Shown: piece after piece, positions 38,499-53,278 of the stretch
Layout: each line of letters starts with the position of its first letter
How positions within the stretch are numbered: the stretch's first letter is position 1
NCBI RefSeq assembly: GCF_009914755.1
Contig: NC_060926.1
Strand: one strand, 5' to 3'
Source of the DNA: the human T2T-CHM13v2.0 reference genome, Homo sapiens
DNA length: 64,000 nucleotides
The notes under the pieces: generated by a model
Seen by the model: only the letters and a program-made list of their open reading frames with translations
Told to the model about the DNA's origin: nothing
The model's database searches: none
Program-made: the position numbers and the translations under genes

Positions 38499-38837
38499 TA
38501 CTATGGTTTGAATTTGTCTCCTAAATCTTATGTATTGGAAACTTAATCCCTAAATTCATGTTGATGATATTTGGAGGTGGGGCCTTTAGGAGGTGATTAG
38601 ATCCTGAGGGCTCTTCCCCGTGAGTGGATCAAGGCCATTATCACAGAATTGAGCTAGTTATAAAAGGAGGGAGTTTGGCCCCCATTTCCTCTCTGTCTCT
38701 TGTGCTCACATCCATCTTAGGATGATACTCACTGGATGCTTTTAGCCTCTGGAACTGTGCACCAAATAAAATTCTATTCTCCCTAAGTTACCCAGCTGGA
38801 GATATTCTGTTATAGTAACAGAAAATGAACTAAGACA
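38499..38837 (+). mobile_element. MST (C/D-like) MaLR LTR
   Basis: Starts tactatggtttgaat, ends gttatagtaacagaaaatgaactaagaca. Confidence 0.8.
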
Positions 38838-40580
38838 AAAATTAAAGAATATTTGCTAATTGATCAAATGGCTCTAAATGACATAGTATTTTTTCTGAAT
38901 TAGAAATACTAATATAATACCCTTTCTCGTTATTCAGAACATTGACATACCACAGCAACTAGAAGTCACTAGTATTTTATGTCTTTATGTCCTTGCTTAT
39001 TTGCCTGTTGATTTCCCATTTGTAAGCAATTCAAAGTCCACTGCATGATGACAACTGTACCCCAAAACAAGTAGACCTATTTGATCAATTAATTAGAATG
39101 TATTTTGAAAAATCAGCTTAACGTTGATTCTTGAAGATGATTCCAAGTAGCAACTTGGACTAGGAAAACTGAATACAATGCCCAGGAGCCCCCGTGGCAG
39201 TACAGATGCAAAGTCTGCAACTCAATTTTACTATTCCTTGAACTACAGTACTACATGGGTGGTGCCAAGCAACCGGAATCCTTGAGCAATTTAGGCAATC
39301 TGATCAAGCAATCTGATATTGGAAGACATCCTACACAGATTGCAATAAAAAGTAAGTTCTACTTGGTTCTAAACAAGGTAATTCTTAATTTAATTCCTGA
39401 TCCTACTTTCTATGTTAACATGTTTCATGAAAATCCAATTTTTTGACCATGGTATGAATGAATTTAATTCAGTAAAGAAACATGCATTAAGTTGCTACTT
39501 AGGCTGAGTGAATGTAATAGAGAGAAAGCAATTATATTTCTCACTGCCAACTCATTATCTCTACTCACATGTTTCTCAGGCATCTAAACTCAATGTGTCT
39601 AAATCAGACCTTAACATCACCCCAGCATGTACCCTGCCCACACACACAGTCAGCCTTCATCTTCCTCTAATGATTGCCATTCCAATAGTCAGCACCCATG
39701 GATAATAATTAGGAGTTGGACTTAGGTTTGGATAACAAAGCTGATGGATATTTGTTTAGAAATTATTTTTTCAAAGCTAATTATAATAGTCTATGAAATT
39801 ATTTCATGCTTTACCTACAATGCACAATAAAAGCCTTCCTGAGTCTATTTTAATTTGCATTTTTCAGAACCACCTTTTCCAACAAAATGATAGCATTCTG
39901 AGGACATTTTGTCATAAGAGTCATTGTATGTATTTGTTTTATATTCATAATATGTATCAATAATAATTTCTGTCATTGTACATTTCATGATTTGGGTCAT
40001 TATTTCTATTAAGTGTACTTCTGGGATTTTTTTCAGTCAAATTGTGCTTCAGAATATCATCATAAGCAGTTTTAGCAGCTGCCAAGAGTATTTTGTGTCA
40101 ATTTTTTCAACTAATTAATATGCACAATGACTGTTTCAAATGATTGTTTCCATCACTTTATTAACAAAACCATAAGAAAATTGATATCAAGACCCCTCAG
40201 TTAGCCCAAAAGTGTTTCATTGTCCTGGACTGGTTTACCCTATGCCAATCGCATTCTTCCATAATGCCCATGCATTTGGCATTGCAGTGGCATCCCCTGA
40301 TGCCATTGCTAGCACAAGGAATCAAGTCCTGGAGCAGAGAGCCCTTCGGGTGAAAATAAATGCTAATCCATAGTATCTTTCTCTGAGTAGGAATACACAG
40401 AGGGGCACGTGAAAAAATTGCAAAGACTGTATTCCACATCTACTGCAACCATTAAGGTGAAGAAACCGCAAAGCTTTACTCTGAAAATTTCTAAAATGTC
40501 ACAGAGTCAAAAATATGTACTTACTAATTATTTATGCTAAACATTTCAAAGGCAAAATTTCATTATTTAAAAATTGATTT

Positions 40581-40740
40581 AGCTGGGTACAGTGGCTTAT
40601 GCCTGTAGTTCCAGCAACTTGAGGCTGAGACGAGAGGATGGCTTGAGGCCAGGAGTTCAAGGCTGCAAACAGCTATGATGACTTCACTGCACTTCAGCCT
40701 GGGTGTCAGAGTGAGACCCTATATCTAAAATAAATAAATA
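40581..40740 (+). mobile_element. Alu monomer (FRAM/FAM-like)
   Basis: Single right-arm-type monomer with aaataaata tail. Confidence 0.75.
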
Positions 40741-40959
40741 TTAATTTATAAATATTTAGGTGCAATATGAGCCTGGTATGTTGAAGGAAAGCAATTCATG
40801 AAATAAAATATCAACACTGCTTTGTCTCCTAATGTTCCTTTAAAATGCTTTATCCGCTACTAGTTGAAAATATTAAGAGATCCTATGCCATTTATCTTCA
40901 TCTTTAATTAATAGATAGTGCTTTTAATATTATATTAAAAATATAATATTATCTCAGAA

Positions 40960-42520
40960 CCAAGAAAGAGATAATCCAAAAATCATTATCCTTAAGTTAT
41001 CTAACAAAATAAGTGCAAGACCTGTACATTTTAAGTTATAAAACAATGATAAAAGAAATAAAAAATCATCTAAAAAATAAAGCAACTAAGTATTATTATA
41101 GGTTGAATGACTCAGTCCAGGTCAGATGTCAATTCTCCCAAAATTGAAGTACAAACCCAATATGGTCCCAATGGAACAGGATAGAATCTAGAAATAGACA
41201 CATACTTATATGGTTAATTAAATTTTTACCAAGATGCAAATGAAATTCAATGGAGAAAATAATATTTTCCAGAGATGATGCTGAAACAATTGGACATTAA
41301 TAAAACAATAACAAAAACCAAAAATCTGGGTACATACTTCTATAATCTAAATAAAAATTTCAAACTAGTCCATAAAATTAAACTTAAAACCTAAAACTGG
41401 AAATTTTCAGAAGATAAAATAAAAGAAAATCTTCATAATATTGCATTAGAAAATTTTTTCACCATAACATGAAATACGCAATCACTAAAAGTAAAAATGA
41501 CAAACACAATATCCTCACAATTAAAAAACACTGCCCTTTGAAAGACCCTGTTAAGAAAAGAAAAAGACAAATGACAGGCTATGACACATTTGCAAGAAAT
41601 ATGTGCTAAAGGACGTGCATCCAGAATATATAAATAATTCTCAAAATTCAATAATAGGAAAACACAAAATGCAATTAAATTTTGGCTAATAATTTAAACA
41701 GATGCTTTACAAATGAAAATACACAGATGGCATATAAGCATTTAAAAGGATGCCTAACTTCATTATTCATCAGGAAATTAAAAACTAAAACCACAATGAG
41801 ATATCACTATACACCTGTTAAAAAAGCGAAAATTAAAAAAATAATAATAAATGAAAAAGAAAGAAATACACGGGATGATACTAACTCCTGATTGAAACTC
41901 TCATTTATTGCTGGTGGGAATAGATAATGTTAAAGCCACTCTGGAAAACATCTTGGCAGGTCCTTAGAAAATTAAACATACACCTACCATTTTGACCCAA
42001 GGAGACCACTTTCAAGTGGTATGCAAGAGAAATTAAATTGTAACAAAACCTACACATGAATGTTTTCTGGCCACCTTATCCATAATTCAAAAATACTGGA
42101 AACATCCAAAATGCTCTGTGGCTGGTTATTAGATAAACAGTGGCACATTTGTAGAATGTGACATCTCTTATTAATAACAAGGAATAAACTACCCAATACT
42201 CTTAACAAAATGTATGAATATCTAATGCAGGATTTGAAGTGAAAAGGCCAGACTCAAAAAGGCTACAGATTGTATGATTCCATGTGTACAACTTTGTGGA
42301 GAAAACAAAACTGCAGGGACTGGAAATAGAGGAGAATTTGCCAGGGGCTGGAGGTGGGGATGATTTTCCTACAAAAGGGTGGGGGCAGTTTTGGAGGGTG
42401 TTGGGATTGTTCTATGTCTTCATCTAGGCAGTGGTTACACATCTTTCTGTATTTGTCAAAACTCATAGAACAGTACAATAAACATAGTGAATTTTATTAT
42501 AAGGGGACTTTACCACAAGA
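40960..42520 (+). mobile_element. L1ME/L1MD-like 3' fragment
   Basis: aaaccacaatgagatatcactatacacc...gccagactcaaaaaggctacagattgtatgattcc...tgtcaaaactcatagaac. Confidence 0.8.
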
Positions 42521-42529
42521 AAACTGATG

Positions 42530-42708
42530 TTTATATGTATAAATATATATATGTATATATATATATGTATATATAAATATATGTATATGTGTATATATAT
42601 GTGTATATATAAATACATGTATATGTGTATATATATGTGTATATATGTATATATAAATATATGTGTATATACATATAAATATATATGTGTGTATATATAT
42701 ATATATAG
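42530..42708. repeat. (TA)n/(TATG)n-rich microsatellite
   Basis: About 180 bp of interrupted TA repeats. Confidence 0.92.
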
Positions 42709-42731
42709 TATTTTAATTATGTGAGGGAGGC

Positions 42732-43088
42732 TGTATTACTCCATTTTCACACTGCTGCTAAAGACATACCTGAGACAAGGTAATTTATAAAGAAAAGGAG
42801 TTTTAATGGACTCACAGTTCCACGTGGCTGGGAGGCCTTACAATCATGGCAGAAAGTGAAAGACATCTCTTACACGGTGGCAGGCAAGAAAGAGTGAGAA
42901 CGAAGTGAAAAGGGAAACCTCTTATAAAACCATCAGATCTCTTGAGACTTATTCACTACCAGGAGAACAGTGTGGGGAAAACCGTCTTCATGATTCAATT
43001 ATCTCCAATTATGTCCCTTCCACAACATGTGTCAGGGGAGCTCCAATTCAAGATGAGATTTGGGTAGGGACACAGCCAAATCATATCA
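42732..43088 (-). mobile_element. THE1B MaLR solo LTR
   Basis: tgtattactccattttcac...gggacacagccaaatcatatca; flanks gaggc / gaagc form an approximate TSD. Confidence 0.9.
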
Positions 43089-43432
43089 GAAGCAATACTC
43101 TGATGTTGCAGAAAGATACAGCAGGCATATTTGGCTCCATAAATGTGCATATATTTACATGTAATAGGAAAAGAATATTGAAGGAAGTAAAGTATTTCCA
43201 CAAATCTCAGAGAAAATGTTTCCGTGAACTCAGAGGATTCGGATAAAATCTTGAAAGAATATAGTTATATTTTCCTATCTAATTTGCTAAGGCAAAAATA
43301 GAAAGCCTAATAGAAAAAAAAGAATAGAAAAGGCAAATAGAAAAGCAATTTAAAAATGGAAAAAAATCCACATGTGGCCAGAAAGAAACGATTATTCTAT
43401 AAAGAGCCTAATCCAATTGAATTCATAGTATA

Positions 43433-43844
43433 CAGTTGACTGCTGAACAATAGGAGCTTGGATTGCACGGGTTCACGTATACATGGATTTTCTTCTGCCC
43501 CTGCCACCCCTGAGACAACAAGACCAACTTCTCCTTTCCTTTTTCTCCTCTGCCTACTCAACATGAAGTTTTGATGATCCACTTTTACCTAATAAACAGT
43601 AAATATATTTTCTCTTCCTTATGATTCTCTTAGTAACATTTATTTTTCTCTAGCTTACTTTAAGAACATGGTATATGACACATGTAACATAAAAAGTATG
43701 GATTAATAGACTGTTTATGTTATTGGCAAAGTGACCAGTCAACAGTAAGCTATTCGTATGTTAATTTGGGGTAGTAAAATATTACACTCAGATTTTTGAC
43801 TGTGAGGTCTATGCCACAAACCCTCGTTGTTCAAAGGACAACTG
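43433..43844. mobile_element. Tigger2a (MER28) TcMar DNA transposon relic
   Basis: TIRs cagttgactgctgaacaa ... ttgttcaaaggacaactg, preceded by TA. Confidence 0.85.
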
Positions 43845-44053
43845 TGTCCTTTGAACAACATTACACAGGAAAATTAATAAACAAATGAATTGTAATTAAT
43901 TGTATATGAAAGCAGAATTTTTTGACAAAAAGGGGTTCTGTGGTACTTGAAATTATGAGCTTGGACTAATACCCAGCTTTGGGGAAGCTACACATGTATA
44001 AGAGTATTCCTGTTTAAAGTACACTAGACATTTATTACATCGTCTCTGGGAAA

Positions 44054-44446
44054 TGTGTTAGTTTTGTAGGTAGGGCTGTTGCAAACAAATCCCCTAACAG
44101 GGAGGCTTAAACAACAGAAGCGATTCTATCACAGTTCTGAGGCCGGAAGTCTGAGACCCAGGTTGGTTCCTTCTGAGGGCTAAGGTAGGGACCTGTTCCA
44201 GGCCTTCCTCCTCGGCTTGCAGATGGTGTCTCCTCCTTGTGTCTTCGCACTGTCTCTCCTCTGTGTGTCTGTGTCCACATTTCTTCTTTATAGAAGGATA
44301 CAGTTCTATTGGACTAGGATCCATGCTCGTGACCACATCCTAACAGGATCTTTTCAAAGACTCTCTCTCCAAATGAGTCTCATTGGGAGGTACTGGGGGT
44401 TAGGACCTCAGCATATGAATTGTGGAGACACAGTCAATCTACAACA
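44054..44446 (-). mobile_element. MLT1B/C MaLR LTR
   Basis: ggcttaaacaacagaag...cacagttctg...gggggttaggacctcagcatatgaatt...ctacaaca. Confidence 0.8.
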
Positions 44447-44503
44447 GGGGACTTCCTGCACAGCTGAAACTAACAAGTGGAAGGTCTGAGCTGAAAGCAG
44501 AAA

Positions 44504-45215
44504 GTGTGTGTGTATGTGTGTGTGTGTACATTTGGGGTGTGTGGTGGTGTGTGTGGTGTGTATGTGTATATTTATGGGATGTATGAGGGGCTGTGTATGA
44601 GGTGTGCACTTGTTACGTATTTATGTGTATGTGTGTATTCTGTGTGCCATAGGTATATGTGTATCTGTACAGTATGTCATCTGTGTAAACATGTACATTT
44701 AGGTTGTGTGTCTTTTGTGTATGTGTCAGTGTAGTGTGTGTCATCTATGTGAGTGTATGAATGTAGGGCATGTCTGTGTGATGTGTGCCATGTGTATCTG
44801 TGTATGGTGTGTGTCATCTGTGTGCATGTATGTCTGTAGGGTGTGTATGTGTATATGTCATGTGTGTGTCTGTGTGTGATGTAAGTATGTGCCATCGGTG
44901 TACACATACATATTTCGGGTGTGTGTGGCATATGTCATCTGTGTGAGTGTATGTAGGTAGGGAATGTCTGTGTGATGTGTGTTATGGGTATCTGTGTATG
45001 GTGTGTGTGTGTCATCTCTATGTGCATATATTTCTGTAGGGTGTGTGTGGTGTGTGTCATGTGTATGTATCTGTGTGTGGTGTTTGTGTGTGTCATCCAT
45101 GCACATATTTGTATTTTGGTTGTGTGTGGCATGTGGCATGTATGTGTGTGTGCTGTATGTGGTGTGTGTATCATATGTATGCAGGGTATATCTGTGTGGC
45201 ACGTGTCATGTGTAT
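44504..45215. repeat. TG-rich low-complexity tract with recurring tgtcatct/gtatctgtg units
   Basis: About 700 bp of degenerate (TG)n. Confidence 0.9.
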
Positions 45216-45313
45216 AAATTATGCAATCATGTTTCTCTAATTGGGGTGTTTACAATCTAGTTGAAGAAAGATATTCAGATGGGAAAAAGTAACCAATAGT
45301 AAAAATCAGCATG

Positions 45314-45630
45314 GGCCTGGCGCAGTGGCTCACGCCTGTAATCCTAGCACTTGGGAGGCCACGGCCGGTGGATCACCTGAGGTCAGGAGTTCGAGACCAG
45401 CCTGGCTAACATGGTGAAACCCTGTCTCTAATAAAAAATACAAAAATCAGCCGATGTGGTGGCACATGCTTGTAGTCTCAGCTACTCAGGAGGCTGAGGC
45501 ATGAGAATTACTTCAATCCAGGAGGCAGAGGTTTGCAGTGAGCTGAGATCACACCACTTTAGTCCAGACTGGGCAACAAAGCAAGATTCCATCTCAAAAA
45601 AAAAAAAAAGGAAAAAAAAAAGAAAAAAAG
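45314..45630 (+). mobile_element. AluS (Sx-like)
   Basis: Full dimer; flanks tcagcatgg / tcggcatgg form an approximate TSD. Confidence 0.9.
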
Positions 45631-46922
45631 TCGGCATGGGAAAATGCCAGGCATTCTAAGAATAAACACATAATTTAGTGAAATAAAATAACTTTCAAAT
45701 GGAGCAGTGACACAGGGTTTATAAAATATATAAAATTAAAGCCAGGCCTTATTAGAAATGTCAATAGGATTTAGATAGGGATGAAATGAGAAAAAATAAA
45801 AACAGGAGTTTGAATTGAGGTGAAAGGCTTAATTCCTCTCGTTCTCAGCAACTGTGACAGAGACGTCTCCCTTCCCTCCAAAGTCATGGCGTGGCTGCTG
45901 AGTGGCTGTGGCCAGCAGACTCTGTGCCCCACCTGCCAACACTGGGCATTCCTTCCATATACTTTCCTTTTTTTGAGACCTGAAACATGGAAACACAGAA
46001 ATGCTGCACTTCCAGCTCTGATAACATGAGGAGGGAAAAGAAAGGGGTTCTTCTGTGACCATGTAGGAAGCCACTTTTGTGCCCAAATGGCCTAGAGAAT
46101 AGACAGCCACCAACTGCAATGTGCTCCATGGGGTTTCTGCTCTATCAGAGCCACGCTTAGGGGCCTCACCGTTACCGCTGCTCGGCCCTTACTCCTAGGG
46201 CGTGTGGTCTGTGTATTAGGATGATGCGTGGCTCTTAGAAGAAAGCACACGTGGAAGTGCTTTAAAAATCACAAGGCAATTTTTTAAAGGTGACCCGTGG
46301 CACATAGAAGGGTAACATCAACCATTGATAGCCTGATCGAGTACAGGGATTGAAAAATAAGGATAAATGCCAATCCCCCTGGAATGTGGATATAGAGCCT
46401 AAATATGCATGAAGAAAATAAAATCTTAGTAATCATATAATAATAATGCCTCATTCAATTTAGAAAGCCATATTTTTATCAGTTCATTCGTATACATCTT
46501 AAGTAGGTTTAACAGGTGATTCTGCTTAAAAGGTAAGCAAACTGAAACACTGAACAATGAGGAAAACTGTCCTCTATTTGTGGTTAACAATTTGTGGCAG
46601 AACTGATAAAAGTACCCGAATACTAATCTCTTACAAGCCCACAAACCCTACTTTCCCTCCCAAGGGATGTTAAGAACAGCAGATCACAGATGAGCTCAGA
46701 AAAGAGAAATTTTCATCATTAAAGTAGAAACCTTCATAATTCTATAGACCTAAAAGTATAATTTTTAGAGAGTTTTAAATGATAAGAAGCTAAGAATTTT
46801 CCGTCTGATTTGTGGTCACCAATTATTCGTAAGGCTGTTCAAAGGAATGCCCAAAATGATGTTGCTGACCTATAAGGAATCTCAGAAGGAATTTTTGTGC
46901 ATGTAAACACAGGGCCATTTAA

Positions 46923-47333
<411 letters not shown>

Positions 47334-47439
47334 TAATTCTAAATTAACAAGTTTTTCTTCTAAACAATCATTTGCAATGTTGAAAATACTGGTTGATATT
47401 TCTCTCAAATACAAACTTTTCAATTAGAAAGTCATTCAT

Positions 47440-47770
<331 letters not shown>

Positions 47771-48430
47771 TTAAAAGCATTGACAAGAGCTGGTTTGGGG
47801 TGAAGACAGTTCCTTCAGAAACGGGCTGATGTGACTGGGAGGAGGCTCCAGCAGGGGAGTGGAGTGGCTGTTGGTGCAGGGATGACCTGGCTGCACAGGC
47901 CCTTCAAGATCCATTCTGCCCACCTAGCTTCAGGAAAGAAATTGTCCTGGGTAGCTGTAAAATAGACAATAATCAGGTTGACAGTCAGAAGAGGATGCTG
48001 AAATGTCTCCATTGGCAGATCTGAGAAACTCCAGAGGAAATTGAAGAGTAGGTCTTCTGATGGAGGCGATCCATAACAGAAGAGATAGTAGGCTAACAAC
48101 GTCTTCCAGGAGGCAGTGATGACTCAGAAGCTTACAGGAGCCAAGGAAATAATCATGAAAAACCAACAGTGGAGATAAACAAAAACAAATGAATGTATAC
48201 CTGGAAGAGTATCCCGTGATCAGAGTTACTGGAATGCACTTACGCAGATTGAAAGGGAGGCTGAAAGACTGTTGGCAAGACACTAGATAAGAAGAGAAAT
48301 AAAACATGCTTGAAGACATATGTATTACATCGCTGATGTTAGAGGCCTGTAATTCTGCTCCACTGGTATTGGACTCTTGTAGGAAAAGACTTTAACCCAC
48401 TTCCAGCCATTTGGGAAGATAAACTGAGGA

Positions 48431-48645
48431 AAGAGTTGGCAGACATAACATAGGCTATCCAAAAAAGTTTTAATTTCAGATACATGATGAATAATTTTGA
48501 GGATAACTATGTCCCAAGTACTTTTATGAATTAAAACTTGGGATATACCTATAATAAAGAGGTATTTATTGTTTATTATCATTTATCTGAAATTAAAATA
48601 TGCCTCGGTGCCCTGTATTTTTGTTTGAAACATCTTGCAGCCCTA
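48431..48645. mobile_element. MER53 palindromic hAT MITE
   Basis: aatttcagata...tatgtcccaa / ttgggatata...tatctgaaatt inverted arms; ends gcagcccta. Confidence 0.8.
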
Positions 48646-49411
48646 GTTGAGAAAAAGTCGGAAAGATAGATGTCACACACTAAAATCGGCCTAAATCAGA
48701 ATCCCCAAATGATGAAAGCTATTAGGGCTTACAGAATGGATACTAAGGATCAGGGAGGTTTGGTTGATATTAAGTATCATATTAAGGAAAATCCCTGATC
48801 TCAAAGAGAATTTCAGGTGTCAATATTTCATCTCATTTGCCTGCAGGAAAAGAATGGAAGTCCATGGTCTTCAGAGTAAGTTACACAATCTACTTAAGCC
48901 TAAACACGGTGTCCCCATAGCATCCAGCATTGCCAAAATGATGAGAAATGTGACTGTAGTTTCTAAAAGCAGACAGGCATAGTTTCTAAGTTAGGCAAGA
49001 CTTTGTGGAGCAACAAAGAGTAGAGTTTCAAATGATCACATTTATAGAGAGAAGAAAAGTAGACAGGAAAGAGGAATTCTTACATGAAAGTCTTTGCTCC
49101 TTTCCACGTTTTTGGGGGTTCACACGCTGCATCAAGTTCCACTCTGCAAGTGGCTCAGCATGTTGGGGAAGTGGTGGCTGCATAAAACTGCCTGAAAATG
49201 CTCAGTTTTCATGAATCTTCGGGTTTCCCATCAACATGAGTCTACCCTGTTGAGCCCAAACCCAGCCCTCATCCTGCTGGGCTGAGCAATCTGTCGTGGC
49301 TCCTAATCTCCACTCGAACATAATTCCGAGCGCATGGCATTGAAGCTGTGTGTTTACATGTCAGCTCTTGGCCTCACTCCCTCACAAGTATCCCATTTAA
49401 TAACAGCAGTA

Positions 49412-49710
<299 letters not shown>

Positions 49711-50778
49711 AATAGCAGCAGTAGAATCGGTGAATGAAATACCTGTTATGTGACCGGGTATTGTGTACTTAGCGTGAAATAACATAAGTGAAATGCAAGG
49801 AATAGTGAATGCGTGACAAAGCCCTAGCATATTAAATGTAAACACATGAGAACATTCCAGCAGAACAACAAGGAAGGCAAGCGATGCAGGTGCCGACAAA
49901 ACGCAGTGGCTCCGGATGTGCCCTCGACGGAAGGGAAGCCATGAGGGGAAGCAGAGAAAAGGGTGTCGATAGAGAAGGAGGTGAGAGTACAGCGAAGGAA
50001 CAGGAGGATGAAAGAGGTGGGCGGCACGGGCCAGGCAGAGTCAGCGGTGGAGGAGGCTGAGGGCCAAGGGGTCCTCAAAAGATTCTCCTTTGGGATGAAA
50101 TGAGAAGGATCTAGAGTTGAAGAAATGCTGGGAGACTCATGCATTCCAGAAATATTTTAACGGGGAAATGATTAGACCTTGTCTCTGGCCAACTTGTCTG
50201 GATAACAGAGGAAAAAATAATTGTCAGATATGACAAGAAGTTTAGTACATGAGGCACCAAGAGAATATGTTCTCTGGAGATGGAAACAGAAGTTGGGGAA
50301 TAAAAAGGAGAGTTTGGGAAAATAAATAAATCAATCAATAAATAACTCTTGATTATCTTTGCTAGGGGAAACCGGTAAGGGCATTCTTAACATTGTAGAC
50401 AAGTACGTTCTCCAGCTGCACTTACGTAAAGCCATACTTTAAAAGAGGGAAACTTTTTCAGTTAAGTATCCCATATTGTAAAAGAATAAAATTTTTATTT
50501 AAGAAAAACTTACAAGAATGCATATAGCAGATGATTGCTGGTTAGTCCTTTAACAAATCATTTGTGAAAATAAATATAGCACATGAAACTAAGAGTATCC
50601 AAGGAAACCCCAGATCGGTGGCTAAAATTTTTGAAGTACAGACACTTTCAATAATAATTGTTTATTGACGTACGCTATTTAACCTCTAAAACTGGTCAAT
50701 TAAATATAAAAATAAAGCAATATTTTAATAGAAAGAGTATTTCGAATGATATCTGTGCATGTAGAAATGCAAACAATA

Positions 50779-51245
<467 letters not shown>

Positions 51246-52254
51246 TCAATGGCTACCAGATACTAGAATTTTAAATTTGCTGCCTTCGAAATGATTTACA
51301 ATTGGTGAAGAAACATCTTGATTTAGATTTTTTAATAGAAATCAATGACTGAACAATTCAAGTTTTACTCTCTAAGTAAAATTAAACATCTATTGTCTAA
51401 TTCCAGTGTAGTTAGCACAGACAGGCAAAACCAACTGCAGCTCCCCGGGTGGGGTGCGATCCCATCAGGCCTTGACAGAAGGAGCCATCTGGATACAGGA
51501 GACCGGCAGGCAGTCTGCAAAGCATTACCCTGGCGTGCTAGACGTCACCTTTTCAGCTACAATGGCTATAATTTGAAGAGCTAGTTTCTCTCATCTTGAA
51601 GCTTTATACCTTTCAGATGACACTAAAGGAACAATTTTCCTAGACAAACTGGGTATAATTTGGGTAATCTCTGCATGGCAGGCACCTGTACCTTCATTTG
51701 CATTTACACAATTCCTTTTTAATCTGGTAATTATGTAAATAGCAGACAAGATTTTTGACATCTCACTTTCTTATTCTGCTTTGGAAAATGACTAGACATT
51801 ACATTGCAGGCAATTTGCTATTTTAACATGCACAAAAGATGGATTCATTTAAGCAAAAATAGAGTGAATAACTGCATTTCTGCTCTCCAAAATGCACCAT
51901 GTATTTTTGTTCAATTGTATAAGTCCACAGGATTTATATAACTGGAGGAGTCTGTTCAAAACTCCAGCTCGAGTCCTGGACTTGGGTCATTGGTGTCTTT
52001 TCCACACCCCTCCCCCAACCCCGACTTGCTGGACTTGCCCCAAGGCTCTATATGAACAACGGAAAAAAACAGACACTGTCCTAGAAGCTAAGGCCACAAT
52101 ACAGGCGTTATGTATAACAAGCTCTAGTAATGCCGCTTTAATTATAATTACACCACCAGCAGTGCAACACTTACCACTAAAAAGGCAAAAAAAAATAAAG
52201 CATATGAACGTGTATTTTCTAAACCAATTCCCTACAAACTAAATTATTGCTGGC

Positions 52255-52435
52255 ATTGTATTTTAGTAACTGTAAATTTCTCTAAGTTAATTATTCACTC
52301 TGACTCTCTATTTGTAAAATAGAGATAATACCATACATTTAGGAGACGGTAGAGGTAAAATAGGATGACAGTGGTGAGATAACATACAAGGCACCTGTCA
52401 AATAGTCACACTAGCGTTTGATAAATGCTAGCTGC
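52255..52435 (+). mobile_element. MIR relic
   Basis: tatttgtaaaatagagataatacc...gataaatgctagct. Confidence 0.6.
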
Positions 52436-53278
52436 CTCCTCACCCTGATTCTGATGGTGTTCTGGACTCTCCACCTTAAGCCTGCCTGACAGTAGCCAGG
52501 GGACTGGTGTCTCCTGGGTGAGAGGCATGCAGTCCTATTACAGCCCCGGTACCATAGCCATGGGCAGCGTGTCGGTACAGTACGTGCCACACAGTCAGAG
52601 TCACTCTGACCAGGCACTCCTGAGTGTCTTTGACATTAGGAGATGTAGTGAATGTTGAATTACTGGCCATGCAGGATTTATATATAGTCAGCATCTCTTT
52701 ATCCCAAAAGCCTGAATTTACAAACAGGGTAAAAATGAATGCCTTTCATCAGCTTTAATTTTCTAATGCAGTGACCCATCCTAGCACTGTGTAATAACAG
52801 GTCCCAGAGTGACAATTAAAATAAATCACCCTACAGAATATGCCATTAAAAGCATTCATGCCTCATCAGTAACTGGATTGTCTTATATAATATATCCTGA
52901 GGAAATATTTATAACTTTAGCTTCAGTTCCCCAAAGCACACGTTGATTAATATCCTGCCCTTGTAGATTTCTCAGAAATTGAAACATGGTTCCAATATTA
53001 TTTTCTGGGTGACAGTCTAATTTTATTTTAATGGGGAACACCAGTGGCTAATCATGAACCAATAGTTATTGATCCATAATAGACTACCTTCCCGCAGAGC
53101 CCATGGAAAACATAAGCCTCTGCACATTCCTTCCTTTTAAAGAAAAACTCTTGAATGGCAGATTATTTTTCCTCTCTAAATTAAGGAGATATTGGTCTTT
53201 GGAAGGAACAACATTGAAACATTAAATATATTCCTTCTTTACTCTTCTAAAAAAGTATATTCTAAGTAATGAAGAAAC

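Noticed and set aside
48733-48840. Minus-strand exon downstream of LTR12C
   Set aside because: The acceptor looks good (cttttcctgcag) but the donor (TCT|GTAAGC) is weak; this is expected by chance without RNA evidence.
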